Positions 9,631 through 21,569 of a stretch of DNA of 22,613 nt are shown here, one piece after another. Positions within the stretch are counted from its first letter, which is position 1, and each line of letters opens with the position of its first letter. The position numbers and the translations under genes are program-made. The notes under the pieces were generated by a model, which saw only the letters and a program-made list of their open reading frames with translations, searched no databases and was not told the origin of the DNA. Origin of the DNA: Octopus sinensis (Eukaryota); assembly GCF_006345805.1 (NCBI RefSeq), contig NW_021836891.1:1-22613 (forward strand). The letters are read 5' to 3'.

Positions 9631-10054
9631 GCGCATATCCGTTTATTCAGTTAGCTGCGTATTTCATGTGCGTATATGTGCGTGTATGTACATACACATC
9701 TGTTCAGTTAGTTACATAATAAACGAGCGTATTTATAGAACTCCACATCAGAGCGTCATTTCCCTTCAGCTATTCCGTCTAGTGATACTAAGAGAACACT
9801 CCCTAAACCCCCACTCAGCCTGAGATTGCTGTAGACATTTTAACACTCACTTCACCTGACTTTCACTGTTTCAATCAAAATAGTTATCTCTGCTTTTACT
9901 AAAACATTCCTTTCTCTCTTTTCATCATTTTATCATCCTTCTTTTATCATTACTCTGTCATTCAACAGACAAATACAGAGTTACCTCTCCCCCACTTCTC
10001 TCTCTCTTCCTTTCTATCTCTTGTCTTTCTTTCCTCACACACTTATGTCTCTGT

Positions 10055-11664
10055 ATAATATACATAAATATATATATATTTATATATATATACATACATA
10101 CAGACAAAGATATATGTACACACACATACACACACATATATATACATACACAGAGACATATAGATATATATATATATATATACATATACACACGCATATA
10201 TATACATGCATATATACACATGCATATATATATACACATACATACATATATATACCATATATTGTACCATATATTATCATATATATATACATACACACAT
10301 ATACATATATATATAAATATATTATACACAATATACAATATATATAGATATATATATACACACATAAATCCATACACTATATACATACTATATATACATG
10401 CATATATACTACATATAATCATACATACATATATCATACATAATACATACATACATATATACATACATATATATATAATATACATATTACATAAATACAT
10501 ACATACATACACTACATATATACGCTACATATATACATACATACATACATAATACATATATACATACATAATATATATATATACATACATATATGCATAC
10601 ATACCATATGTAACTACCATATATACATATATAATAATAATGTGCATACATTATATATACATACATATATGTATACATATATGCATACATACCTATATAC
10701 ATACATACATATATATATAATATATATATATACATACATATATACATACAAACAATATGCATACAAACATATATGCCATATATATATATATATATAATAT
10801 ATATATATACTACATAGGTCTGTACATATATATATACATACATATATATACCTACATATATATACATACATATATATATACCTATATATATACAGACATA
10901 TATATACATACATAGATGCTAACATACCCATATATCATACATATATATATACATACATATATATATATATTCCACATACATCTATAATCACAAAACATAT
11001 GTCATACAAACATATATGCATATATATATATATCTATTCTATACAAAACATATATATATACATACATATATATTACCTACATATATACATACAAACATAA
11101 TGCATACAACACATATGCATATATAGTATATAAATATCTATATATATATACATACATATATATATACATATATATATACATACGTATATATACATACATA
11201 ACTATATACATACATAATATATACATATATAATATACATACATATATATATACATACAATATATATATACATACATATACCTATATACATACATAAATAC
11301 ATATATATACATACATATATATATAAATACATATATACATACATATATATATACTACACATATATATAATACATATATAATATATATAAATATATATACA
11401 TATATATACATATATATATATACATACATATACATTTAAATATATATATATATACCTATATGTATATATATATATATATGTACATACATAAAATATGTAT
11501 ATATATACATACATAAAATATATACATATCATAATATATATATTTACATATAAATATATATATACATATAATATATATTATACATATAATATATATATAC
11601 ATATAAATATATATATACTATAATATATATATACATATAATATATATAATATACATATAAATAT

Positions 11665-11695
<31 letters not shown>

Positions 11696-11920
11696 CAAAG
11701 AAATATATATATATATACATATAAATATATATATATATATACATATAAATATATATATAATTACATATAAATATATATCTATATATATACCATCTAAATA
11801 TTATATATTACCTATAATATATATATATATAAACATATAAATATCTATATATAAACATATAAATATATCTATATTTACATATAAATATATATATTTATAC
11901 ATATAAATTTATATATATAC

Positions 11921-11985
<65 letters not shown>

Positions 11986-12039
11986 ATATATAAGTAAATT
12001 TTCCATGTTAACGGTAAACAAAGGATAATTCATTCATCT

Positions 12040-12094
<55 letters not shown>
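10055..12094. repeat. ~2-kb degenerate (TA)n/(TACA)n low-complexity tract
   Basis: Plus strand is nearly G-free; ATATATAC, ACAT and ACATATAAATATAT motifs recur. Confidence 0.97.
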
Positions 12095-12700
12095 ACGTAT
12101 GAATGTAAGTATAAGCGTGTCTTTGTACTCACGAGTGGAGTAGATTATTTATATTTTATAAAAAACCGGTTGATTATCTTCTCTGTTTGCTACAAGGAGA
12201 TTCATTCACACAAATCTAGTTGTGCTCTCGATTACGAAACAATCAATTCATTAACCTTTATGATTATTATTGTGCATAAGCGGCTTTTGCACATTAGCTT
12301 CCCTGTCTTCACTGCCTTTCATACCGCAGATTCTGATCTAAGGAATATTGGCATAGCATTTTCTCTATATCCGAACCAATTCGTCGAAATTCTTACGTAT
12401 CGTAATGTCGGTTTTCTGGCAGAAGCCCTGAGGTATTGGAAGAATGTGTTTCGATACTTATTCCTCATTCAATCTACATTGTTCCTGTATATCTTTAGTG
12501 AATTTAGACAGCTTTTGACAGTCGCTTCAAAGTTTGAGTGAGTCTAATGTAAAATAGAAACAATGGTTGTCAAGAAACTGTTATTTCCAATTTTTGTTAA
12601 TGGAGGCTATATTTATGGAAAGCAGTGCAGTGTATTTCAAATAAGTATTTCTTAGGTCGCTTCAACTTTATTATATAATAAAGCAGGAAGACAAAACAAC

Positions 12701-12880
12701 AAACTGGCAGAATTGTTAGCACTTCGAAGAAAAATGCTTAGCGGCCTTTTCTTCTGACTTTTTTCATTCTAAGTTCAAATTCTGTCGATGTCAGCTCTGC
12801 TTTTCATACTTACAGGTTTGATAAACTAAACAAGCAGTCAAGTACTGGGGTCGATGTAATCAACTTGTCCCCTTCCATTA
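12701..12880 (+). mobile_element. SINE family C (Nin/Deu-domain-like), diverged
   Basis: CTGGCAGAATTGTTAGCAC...ATGCTTAGCGG...GTTCAAATTC...GCTTTTCATAC...GATAAA...CTGGGGTCGATGTAATC; homologous to 19885-20008 and 22575 onward. Confidence 0.8.
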
Positions 12881-12944
12881 TGGGGAATTGTGTTATTTCC
12901 GAAAACTGAGATGCCAGCTCTAAAAACTCGAGGGCGCAAAGTAA

Positions 12945-13195
12945 TTTTTTCTAAGAATCAGGAGGGCGGAACAACCTGTTGATGAAATTAACGTGCACGT
13001 GGGTATGCACACCTCAGACACGCGTGCTCTCAACGTGGTTTTCAGGGAGATATAGTTTGACAAGACTGGCCCTTTGAATTGCAGGTACATCTCATTTTTG
13101 CTAGCTGAGTAGACTGGAGCAAGGACGCAACGTGCCGCCATGCATCGAACTCACGACTTTACAACCGCGAGCCGAATATCCTAACCACTGAACCA
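12945..13195 (-). mobile_element. tRNA-derived SINE family D (possibly CORE-type)
   Basis: Minus head GGTTCAGTGGTTAGGATATTCGGCTCGCGGTTGTAAAGTCGTGAGTTCGATG has A and B boxes; body TTGCTCCAGTCTACTCAGCT...AAATGAGATGTACCTG. Confidence 0.78.
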
Positions 13196-13249
13196 GAACA
13201 AATAATAAACCAGTATGTAGAAGTTACTGGAAGAATAATCTTTTTAATT

Positions 13250-13750
13250 TTTTAATGGCTAAAACTACATTCGTAAGAACGGAAAGAAATCTTCATCTGA
13301 AAAGACACAACATAGCATCTACAATTGGGGCAATAAACTATTGTACTAAGCCAACTATCCTCTACGAGCAGAACCTTGGATAATGTACAATGCAGGGGAA
13401 AAGAAAAGATTGATGCTTTTGAGATGCAGACCTCGTGCAGATTGGACAAAATATGCTGGAAGGACATTATAGCAGATATCGCATAAATAAAAAAAAAAGC
13501 TCAAGTCCAAAACTCAATTGTTGAGAATCAAGTTCACAAAGCTATCATATTTAGAAAAAATATGCGCCATATGTCATAACCGAAAAACCATCCTGACAGA
13601 AAGGATGGCGAGGAAGAGAGCAAGAGAAGGTGAAGGACGTTTGTGGAATGTTGATATCAAAGAATGAATGGAGAACAAGAGCTTCTATGATTGAATGCAT
13701 GCAAGCACAACACAGACGGCAAAAGTGTCTTGGAAATCCGACCCGGACGA
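13250..13750 (+). pseudogene. RTE-clade LINE remnant (C-terminal to RT domain)
   Basis: Frameshifted peptides LY/AEPW, KKIDAFEMQTSCRLDKICWKD, KLSYL, KTILTERMARKRAREGEGRLWNVDIKE match RTE-type LLYGxETW..KIDAFEMWCxRRxLxIxW..KLxYFGH..GKRxRGR..WxDDIKEW. Confidence 0.8.
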
Positions 13751-13869
13751 AAGAAGATCGATCGCTGCTGGTAAATGAATTGAAATAAGCGAGTCTGATT
13801 TTGAAACAAAGCTAACGCCTTGGGGTTTTTCTGATAGGCAAAGTTAACATTGGCTATGTTTGAAATGAG

Positions 13870-13940
13870 AACGACGACAGCCGTAACTAAATACTGTTAG
13901 GCATTTTGTCCGTTCTGTCTACGATTCAACGAATCCACAA
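13870..13940 (-). mobile_element. SINE family C 5' fragment
   Basis: AAATACTGTTAGGCATTTTGTCCG...ACGATTC is the reverse complement of the family C head. Confidence 0.55.
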
Positions 13941-14397
13941 ACCTATCCTTACCTCAGACGATATCTAATTATACAATGTCGAGACAGCGTGTACACTGTA
14001 AACGAACCAGATGGTTTAATTGCATAATTTCAGCTGCCGTTGGTGTTGTTGCTAAAGCTGCTGTTACTTGTTCTTCGTGATAGACGATCAAAGACAAATT
14101 ATTCCTTTTCAGTAAATTATATCACTACAACTGCAGACGACATTAAAGAGTCTCGATTTTGTTTTTGTTGGTTTGACTGTCATTGATGTTGTTGTTCGAT
14201 ACTCGATTTCAGACATGGAAGAGTAAACCTATGAGTAATGACAATCCACGCATGACCACAAAGTCTATTTGGAGATAATATTTTATCCAACGTGCTTTTT
14301 CTCCACTGTAAGTCAATATGATGGGATTTACAGAATATTTAACTGCTATTACAAGCAGAGCCAGCTACCACACAGAACAATGCAGAGAAATACCTCG

Positions 14398-14530
14398 TGA
14401 GTTAGTGGTTCGACGAAACCGATCTATAGGATAAACACCATCCTTTTATAATAAGCATTGGGTTGATTTGCTGCACTAAACGCTGCAAGGCAGTGCCTCA
14501 CATGTTTGCAGTCCAAAAAGTGAAGCAAGA
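14398..14530 (+). mobile_element. Family B SINE 3' half, highly diverged
   Basis: GAGTTAGTGGTTCGACGAAA...ATAGGATAAACACCA...GGGTTGATTTG...AAGGCAGTGC...GCAGTCCAA...TGAAGCAAG. Confidence 0.65.
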
Positions 14531-14534
14531 ATAC

Positions 14535-14775
14535 GCAGACGAAATTTGAATGCTATTTTCAGCAAATCAAGCATCTGCACAAAGCAGGGTAGAAAAATAT
14601 CTGAAATGAAAAATCGAAATTCGGTTGCTGTTGTTAACAGTTTGAGCACCTGCACAAAGCAGGGTAGAAGAATACCTCAAACGTAGAAAAAAATTTGACT
14701 GCCCCGTCCGGTAAATCAAGCGGCCTCACAGAGCATTGCTCAGAAATAACGCAGATGCAGACGAAATTTTGCCCC
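14535..14775. repeat. Degenerate ~75-bp tandem repeat, about 3 units
   Basis: CTGCACAAAGCAGGGTAGAA at 14575 and 14650; GCAGACGAAATTT at 14535 and 14757. Confidence 0.8.
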
Positions 14776-15134
14776 ATGTAAATATAAGAAGCTCTATGCA
14801 GTTAAAGTCTTTAAAATATTAGAAAACTTAAAGAAAAATTACTTTTGGAGACTGCGGTACAAAACTAATTTAATACATTAATTCTATCCATATGAATTTG
14901 TAAAATTAAAAAGTCAATAGTTTTCTCAGCGCAGATGCATAAGTTATTACGCACTGGCAATTAGCCTCTCAGACTTAAAGTATTCCACAACCCTCATGTC
15001 CATAGATGCTCGGTTATTGGCTTCGAGCCATGTTCTTTTTAACTCTTAAGATTTAATTTTTAAAACATAATTTCCATAAATATAGCACCATGTCAAAAAT
15101 GTATGAAAACTTTTTGAAAGTATTTCTGGACAAA

Positions 15135-15526
15135 CTCTTTTACTTTTTTCAGTCATTTGACTGTGGCCATGCTGGAGCACCGCCTTTAGTCGAGCGAATA
15201 GATCCCACGACTTATTATTTGTAAGCCTAGTACTTTCTCTATCGGTATCTTTTGCCGAACCGCTAAGTTACGGGGACGTAAACACACCAGCATCGGTTAT
15301 CAAGCGATGTTGGGGGGACAAACACAGACACACAAACATGTACACACACATACATAAATATACATATATACGACGGGCTTCTTTCAGTTTTCGTCTACCA
15401 AAACCACTCACAAGGCCCGAGGCTATAATAGAAGATACCTGCCCAAGCTGCCACGATGAGGGACTGAACCCGGAACCATGGGGTTGGTAAGCAAGTTACT
15501 TACCACACAGCCACCCCTGTGCCTAT
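15135..15526 (-). mobile_element. Family B SINE, full length
   Basis: High similarity to 4854-5278 over its length. Confidence 0.93.
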
Positions 15527-15904
15527 AGGCATATGTGCAAATGATTTTCATTTTGCCTCATAATTCAAGGAGAGAACAGGTGTTATGCTTTATATAAGAG
15601 TTGATAGAAATGCATATATTTCCACTTTGCACAGCAATGAGCTAACGATATATATAATTGCACACACACACACACACACACACATACGCATATATATGTG
15701 AATACTTATACACACACGCGTATATATACTTATATATATATATGTTTGCATGTGAGTGTGTTTGTGCATATGCGCGCGTGTGTGTGTGTATGCATGTGTA
15801 TGAGCAAATATGTATATTTGAGTGAGTCAAACAGCAATGAAATCTTCAGGATACTGCAGACACTCATTTAAAAGCCAGAACAAATACATTCAGGGAAATA
15901 AAAC

Positions 15905-16075
15905 ATAGACGCAGGAGTGGCTGTGTGGTAAGCACTTCGCTTACCAACCACATGATTTCGGGTTCGGTTCGACTGCACATGGCAACTTGAGTAAATGTCT
16001 TCTACTATAGCCGCAGGCCGAACAAATCCTTGTGGGTGGATTCGGTAGAGGTAAACTTAAAGAAACCTGACGTAA

Positions 16076-16124
<49 letters not shown>

Positions 16125-16320
16125 TGTGTGTCTGTGCTTGTCCCCCCAGCGTTGCTTGTTGGTGTGTTTACGTCCCCATGAGTTAGCGGTTCGGCAAAAG
16201 AAACCAATAGAATAAGTACCAGGCTTACAAAGATTAAGTCGTGGGGTCCGTTTGTTCGACTAAAGGCGATGCTCCAGCATGACCACAGTGAAATGACAGA
16301 AACAAATAAACAACAAAAGA
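15905..16320 (+). mobile_element. Family B SINE, full length
   Basis: ATAGACGCAGGAGTGGCTGTGTGGTAAG head, internal (TG)n, tail GGCGATGCTCCAGCATGACCACAG...GAAACAA. Confidence 0.92.
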
Positions 16321-16870
16321 ATATGATGGCCCCTAAGCCTAACAAAATGGCGGTTGGTCAGAATACGTTTGCTCTGCCGGAGCAGAGAAGGAAGAACAGC
16401 AACTCCAGTTATTGTTTTCTTTTCACAATCTATTTGCGAAACTATTTTAATCGCCATATTTTCGTTTCCATGGCTATTTGTATATAAATTATTTTTCTCT
16501 AAATGCCTCTAACAGTTGCCTTGACTATAATTACTGTTAAACACTTCTTTCTCTCGATATATCAAAGCTGTCTGCCTTTCTATCCATCCATTCATTTCTA
16601 TCTTCGTAAAGTTTGGCATCGGGCCATTCTATCCATATTCATACCCCTCTCACTCCGTATCTAACTGTTTATTCAGCCATCTAACACAACAGATATCTCG
16701 GCTGTTTATCTACTTATCTCATATCCTAACTTAGTGTTTTATCGTATCTATCTAAGCCGCTCTTTTTTTCTTTCGTTTTGTTGTCTCTGTCTCCCTTACT
16801 TTTCCTCTCAATAGGTATATATATATATCATCATCTATGTAACTCATCACTGCTTTTTCCTCTTCCTCTC

Positions 16871-16923
<53 letters not shown>

Positions 16924-16974
16924 GTATTGTATATATATATATGTGTGTATATATATATATATGTATGTATGCAT

Positions 16975-17300
16975 GAGACAGTCGACCTGCGTCAATTCAC
17001 ATTTACGCTTCAAGACAAAGTGAAAGACAATCTGAAGCGATGAAACATTTGCTTTTCTTCCTAGAAAACAAAGCATCAGAACTCAAGACATAGCGCGAGT
17101 CCTGCTTCTCCATAGTTCAAAAGTTTGAGCCACGTCGACTCCAGCAACGTGACAAACTTCGTGCAAGCATGAAGGCACACTGTCAAAACGCTGCTCCTCT
17201 AAATGGAAGCCTTACTTGTCGTTGTGGTTCTGTCGCACGGAGCAAAACAGGACTTGCCGTCTAGTGGAGAAGACACATAGGAAATGAGATTCAGAAACAC
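16975..17300 (+). pseudogene. RTE-clade LINE ORF C-terminus with decayed zinc-finger-like motif
   Basis: HLRF/DKVKDNLKR*NI..S*/ENKASELKT*RESCFSIVQKFEPRRLQQRDKLRASMK...LTCRCGSVARSKTGLAV*WRRH matches RTE-type RFKD..K..LK..WE..A..R..WR..FE..R...C..CG..S..GL..H.R.H. Confidence 0.8.
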
Positions 17301-17394
17301 CCAAGCTAACTGAATCCTCAACTTGTTCCATTTGTCAAAAGGTTTGCAAGGCATCATCTGGCTTCAAGAGATATATCTGTGTCCATGGAAGATT

Positions 17395-17475
17395 ATCAAC
17401 ACTTTATTTTACCGAACCTCCATATATATACATATATATGATCAACACTATTTTACCGAACTTTCATATGTATGT
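17395..17475. repeat. Short tandem duplication, ~46-bp period
   Basis: ATCAACACT(TT)ATTTTACCGAAC occurs at 17395 and 17441. Confidence 0.85.
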
Positions 17476-17540
17476 GTAATATATAGATATATATATATAT
17501 AATATATATATTATCTATATATATATATCAGTTCATAATA

Positions 17541-18829
17541 CTGGGTCATCCCTTACATAATGCGGTTTTGCTATACTTATTTTATTTCTCAAAATTAAGG
17601 TAAACAAAGATCTTTTTTTAATCTAAAATATATTGTCCTTCATTTTCTACAATGCTCTTCCATCTATCTGGTAGATTTGCAAGACCCTTCTTCCAAAATT
17701 CACTTGTCCGTGACGAAAGATATTCCTCCAGTACTGATCTGACCTCGTCTACAGAATTCAATACTCCTCCAGTACTGTTCGGATCTCGTCTACAGAATTC
17801 ATATTTTTCCCGTCCAAACGATGTTGAAGACTGCGGAATAAATGATAATCAGTTGGGGCAATGTCCAGTGAATATGATGGGAGGGGCATCGTTTACCATT
17901 CAAACTACTCCAGCGTTTAGAATGTCATCCTCGCTGTATGTGGTCGAACATTATCCTAATGGAAGATCACCTATCGTCTTGAAACCAAAGATGGTCGTTT
18001 TTCTTCTAGCGCTGACTTAAGCCGCTGGTTTTAAGAGTTCAGTGTGGACTAAACCGTGCATATCCCACCAAACAGATAGCAACACCTTAAGTGGGTGAAG
18101 ACCTTTACTCTGGGTTGCCGGTGGTTCTCCTTTCACTACCCACTTAGACACTTGACATTTTTATGGAGAACCCATATCCTATCACATAGTCCCTCTTCGG
18201 TCCATAAAAGGTTCATTCGTGAGACTTGACAGCAAAGAAGAGCACACATTCAGTCTCTGCGAACGATCAGACTCGGAAAGTTTATGAGGAACCCATTGAC
18301 CCAATTTGTTGATTTTTTTTCCGACGACATGGAGGTGTCAATGAATAGTTGAATGATCAAATCCAAGCTTCTCTTCTAGTTTCTCAACAGGAAAAATGGG
18401 ATTTTATTCCACCAGGATTTGCAGGACATCCTCGACGAGCTCTACAGATCTTCCAGGATGAGGCTTGCCTTCTAAGCTGTAGTTCCTGCCTCGGAGTTTC
18501 TGAATCCACCGTTGACACTGACTCACGTTTATCGTCTGATCCCTATATACTACATTAATATTCCCCGCACTTTCCGTTCCCGCTTTGTTGCCTTTATTGA
18601 ACTCATAAAGCAAAATATGCCGAATATGCTCCTTTGTCATTTCCATTATAGCTTTGAAAAAATAACTTAAAATCGGCTCTGCACTCTTCAAAACTTACAC
18701 TAAGAATAAGGACAAGGTAAAATGACAACCTGCTTTTATAGCCAGTTGATGCAGGTAGTTTATCCCGTCTACCTCCGACTTTTAGTTCATGCAATTGAAA
18801 ACTCCCGCATTATTTATGACATGAACCAA
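17541..18829 (-). mobile_element. Tc1/mariner (mariner, DD34D-type) transposon, full length, 1289 bp
   Basis: TA at 17539-17540 and 18830-18831; TIRs CTGGGTCATCCCTTACATAATGCGG and reverse-complement TTGGTTCATGTCATAAATAATGCGG. Confidence 0.93.
17618..18646 (-). pseudogene. Mariner transposase pseudogene
   Basis: MEMTKEHIRHILLYEF HTH start, QWVPHKLSE, H*DNVRPH, YSLDIAPTDYHL and C-terminal LPDRWKSIVENEGQYILD*; internal stops and frameshifts. Confidence 0.92.
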
Positions 18830-19185
18830 TATTTTAATGAATAAAAAATGGACGACTTTCTTGTTAATTATAGCGCAAATAACGTTCTCTCTCATTGATT
18901 TGTCTGTTGGGCAATAAGGAACACTTGAATTAGTTAACATTATGGTATTTCAGGAGGCGACAAAAGGGGGTCGTTAGTTGACATGTCTAATGTCATAGAA
19001 TCAACAATTTTGTCGAATTTGCAGTCATTTTCGCATCAGATAGAACGACTGGTCATATTTGTTCCGGTGTAGTTTTTATCAGATATCAATTATTCCAAGC
19101 TATCTATCGGTTATCTAAATTCGAATTAGTTACCTGCCTTCTCATCCAAAAACATCATTAATTTACAAGAACACCTTTTCACAGA

Positions 19186-19380
19186 GTGCTGCTAGTTCTG
19201 CTGCTGCTGCTATTACTACTACTACGACGACGACGCCAACTACTACTACTTCTACTACTTCTACTACTACTACTACTGCTGCTGCTGCTGTTTCTCATTC
19301 TGCTGTTGTTGCTGCTGCTGCTACTATTACTACTACTACCAACCCCACCACCATTACTAGCCTCTCTACTACTATTACTA
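19186..19380. repeat. Compound (CTG/CTA/CGA)n trinucleotide repeat
   Basis: Visible; gives a spurious poly-Leu ORF. Confidence 0.93.
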
Positions 19381-19728
19381 TATATATGTACATTCCTGTT
19401 TCTTCTCCGTCTCTCGCTGATACATAAATAATACTTATAATTATAGTTATAACTACGAAAGAAACATCAACACATGTCCATAGGCGGTGTTCAGTTAAAA
19501 AAGTAAACGCTGAAAAAACAGAGCCGTAACAAAACCAACCAAAAGTGGAAGAGCAAAATACCAGGACCTAATTATTGAATTAAAAACTATAGAAAGTGTG
19601 GATAAAATGTATCTCAGTAGTTATACATGCATTGAGAACTATCCCTAAATATCTGAACAGATGAATAGAGGAAACAAGCATAAAACCCAGTTTTTGTACA
19701 GCTCCAGATAACAGTGTTATAAGGGAGA

Positions 19729-19804
19729 GTTCTTGGCATCTAAGTTTAATTGTTGTAGCCCGATAGGATGGTTCTTGGCATCTATGTTTACTTGTAGCCT
19801 GATG
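19729..19804. repeat. Short tandem duplication, 42-bp period
   Basis: GTTCTTGGCATCTAnGTTTA..TTGTAGCC at 19729 and 19771. Confidence 0.85.
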
Positions 19805-19884
19805 TTGGGATCTTTTTTTCTTTTCCAACAGTCTAATCTGTTGAGTGTATATGAAAATAATAGTGATAATCATTGTGCTGTCAT

Positions 19885-20008
19885 GGGCACAAGACGTAAA
19901 ATTTGGCGTGAGGGGGTAATCGATAACATCGAACCCAGTGTTCAACAGGTACTTATTTCATCGACCCTCATAAGAATGGAATGCGAACTAAACCTCGGCG
20001 GAATATGA
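19885..20008 (-). mobile_element. SINE family C 3' part
   Basis: Minus: TTCCGCCGAGG...GGGTCGATGAAATAAGTACC...CACTGGGTTCGATGTTATCGA...CCAAATTT...CTTGTGCC. Confidence 0.8.
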
Positions 20009-20039
20009 CTACTCCTACTACTACTACTACTACTACTAC

Positions 20040-20086
<47 letters not shown>
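20008..20086. repeat. (ACT)n(AAT)n microsatellite
   Basis: Visible runs. Confidence 0.95.
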
Positions 20087-20867
20087 GGAAGGGGCAGTCT
20101 GGCTAGTTTATGTTCATACTAAAGAGACATTTGAAATACTCTGTATATGTAATACTATTAATTTACGTCTTCAACTTTAAATATCTATTTTTAATTTCAG
20201 TGTTTATAGCAAATAGTACACTCTTTATTAAAGCAAGTTTAATATATAACTAACTTTTATTATGGTTAACAGTCCCTTTGCTTATCATTTCAAACGGCGC
20301 ACAGCTTCTTAACAGTAATCACTTTGTTTGTTATTTAAGTCCACCAGTCTATCCCATGATCAAAAGAGTTGACAACAAAAGCGGTGGTTTCCACTAATTG
20401 ATTGTTGACGTTATAAAGGCTGATGGATCACTAGTAAATTTAAGATAGACTAAACAACTTGAAGGCAACAAACATTTTAGCATTTCGTGTGGCTGATAAA
20501 GTGTATCTTCTCTTTGTGACACTGCAAGGCGACTTCATAATACAAATTTAATTAGATATCCCAGGATATGGCAGTGTAGAATCAGGTATTGGAAAGCTTC
20601 AGAAATTGTTCAAGAATTTGTATGCATGAAAGTAATTTATATTTATATATATATATATTTATATATGTGTGTGTATACTAGCAGAATACCCGTCGTTGAT
20701 CGGATAATTACTTTTACTATTTCTCAGGCCAAGAAACTTGGAAAATGGGTATGTCATATAGAAGAATAGCTTTACGGAATCCACTTGACTTCGTTTTTTG
20801 ATGGTCTTTTTATTGGAGACATTTTTTTAATAGACATATCAATAAGTAATAGTGAAATAAACTGAAA

Positions 20868-20917
20868 TTGCGCGTGTATACTCGGGCACGCATGCGTGCC
20901 CGAGTATACACGCGCAA
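20868..20917. repeat. Perfect 50-bp palindrome, no loop
   Basis: TTGCGCGTGTATACTCGGGCACGCA|TGCGTGCCCGAGTATACACGCGCAA. Confidence 0.98.
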
Positions 20918-21059
20918 AACAAGCGTTGGGGTTGCTAAGCATTGGTTATTGATAAATGGCGGTCCTGTACATGGGGTTGGCTTGTAGCGGTGACCTTAGT
21001 GCAGGTGCTGCAGAGTAACAGCTGGTGCTAAGGTGGTATATATGGGCTGTCAGCAGTCA

Positions 21060-21569
21060 GAGTCCTGAAAGTTGCCAGAAGGGCATATATCAGGTGACAG
21101 CAATATAATAAATCATATTTCTTATTCACGAATACTGCGGGTTGTTGGAGGATATGCAGTTTTCGCGGAGGCAGAGCTAGCTGTTGGTGGGGAGGGTGGG
21201 TGAATATAACGGCGCTCTATGGACAATAGTGGACACTGAGTATTTCCTCTCGGAGATCATGGAATCTTCAGAGAAAATGAGATAGGGAAGGTCTCTCTGT
21301 CTCTGGATCTGAACGAGTGCATATGCTGGGAATATCTTTCCTTGAAATCATTAGCTGACATACCCGTATAGTGGCTACTGATGTCATCGGATGGTGTACG
21401 GGTGGATCTGTATACTACATCCCTTGAAAGACAAGATCCTTCGTGAGGGCACATGGTGGGGTTTGGCCATTATAGGTCGGGTGTTGGGGTAGAGTGGGTG
21501 CATTTTTACATCTGGTGATGCGTCGATGATGTCTACACAGGAGTAGCTCACCATGACATTATAGGGGTT
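21060..21569 (-). pseudogene. Penelope-like element GIY-YIG endonuclease remnant
   Basis: NPYNVMVSYSC ... CPHEGSCLSRDVVYRST...YTGMSANDFKERYSQHMHSFR ... LCLRE/KLHILQ..VNKKYDLLYCCH..LLATF matches the PLE pattern VSYSC..CP..G.CL...VY...YIG....FK.R...H..SF..LCL.EK..I..LNK.SEL...C.H; frameshifted. Confidence 0.85.

Noticed and set aside
9205-11744. Many overlapping Y/I/M/C/H/T-rich ORFs
   Set aside because: Translations of TA/CA/TG repeats, which are stop-poor by composition.
12170-12541. 123-aa ORF; faint RTE-like NWFGY peptide on the opposite strand
   Set aside because: TTG start, no recognisable domain; the antisense similarity is too weak to call.
14535-14775. CRISPR-like repeat-spacer pattern
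   Set aside because: Eukaryotic context, whole units are degenerate tandem copies, and there are no cas genes.
17652-18020. 122-aa plus-strand ORF
   Set aside because: Antisense to the mariner transposase pseudogene.
19186-19431. Poly-Leu ORF resembling a signal or membrane peptide
   Set aside because: It is a trinucleotide microsatellite with a non-ATG start.
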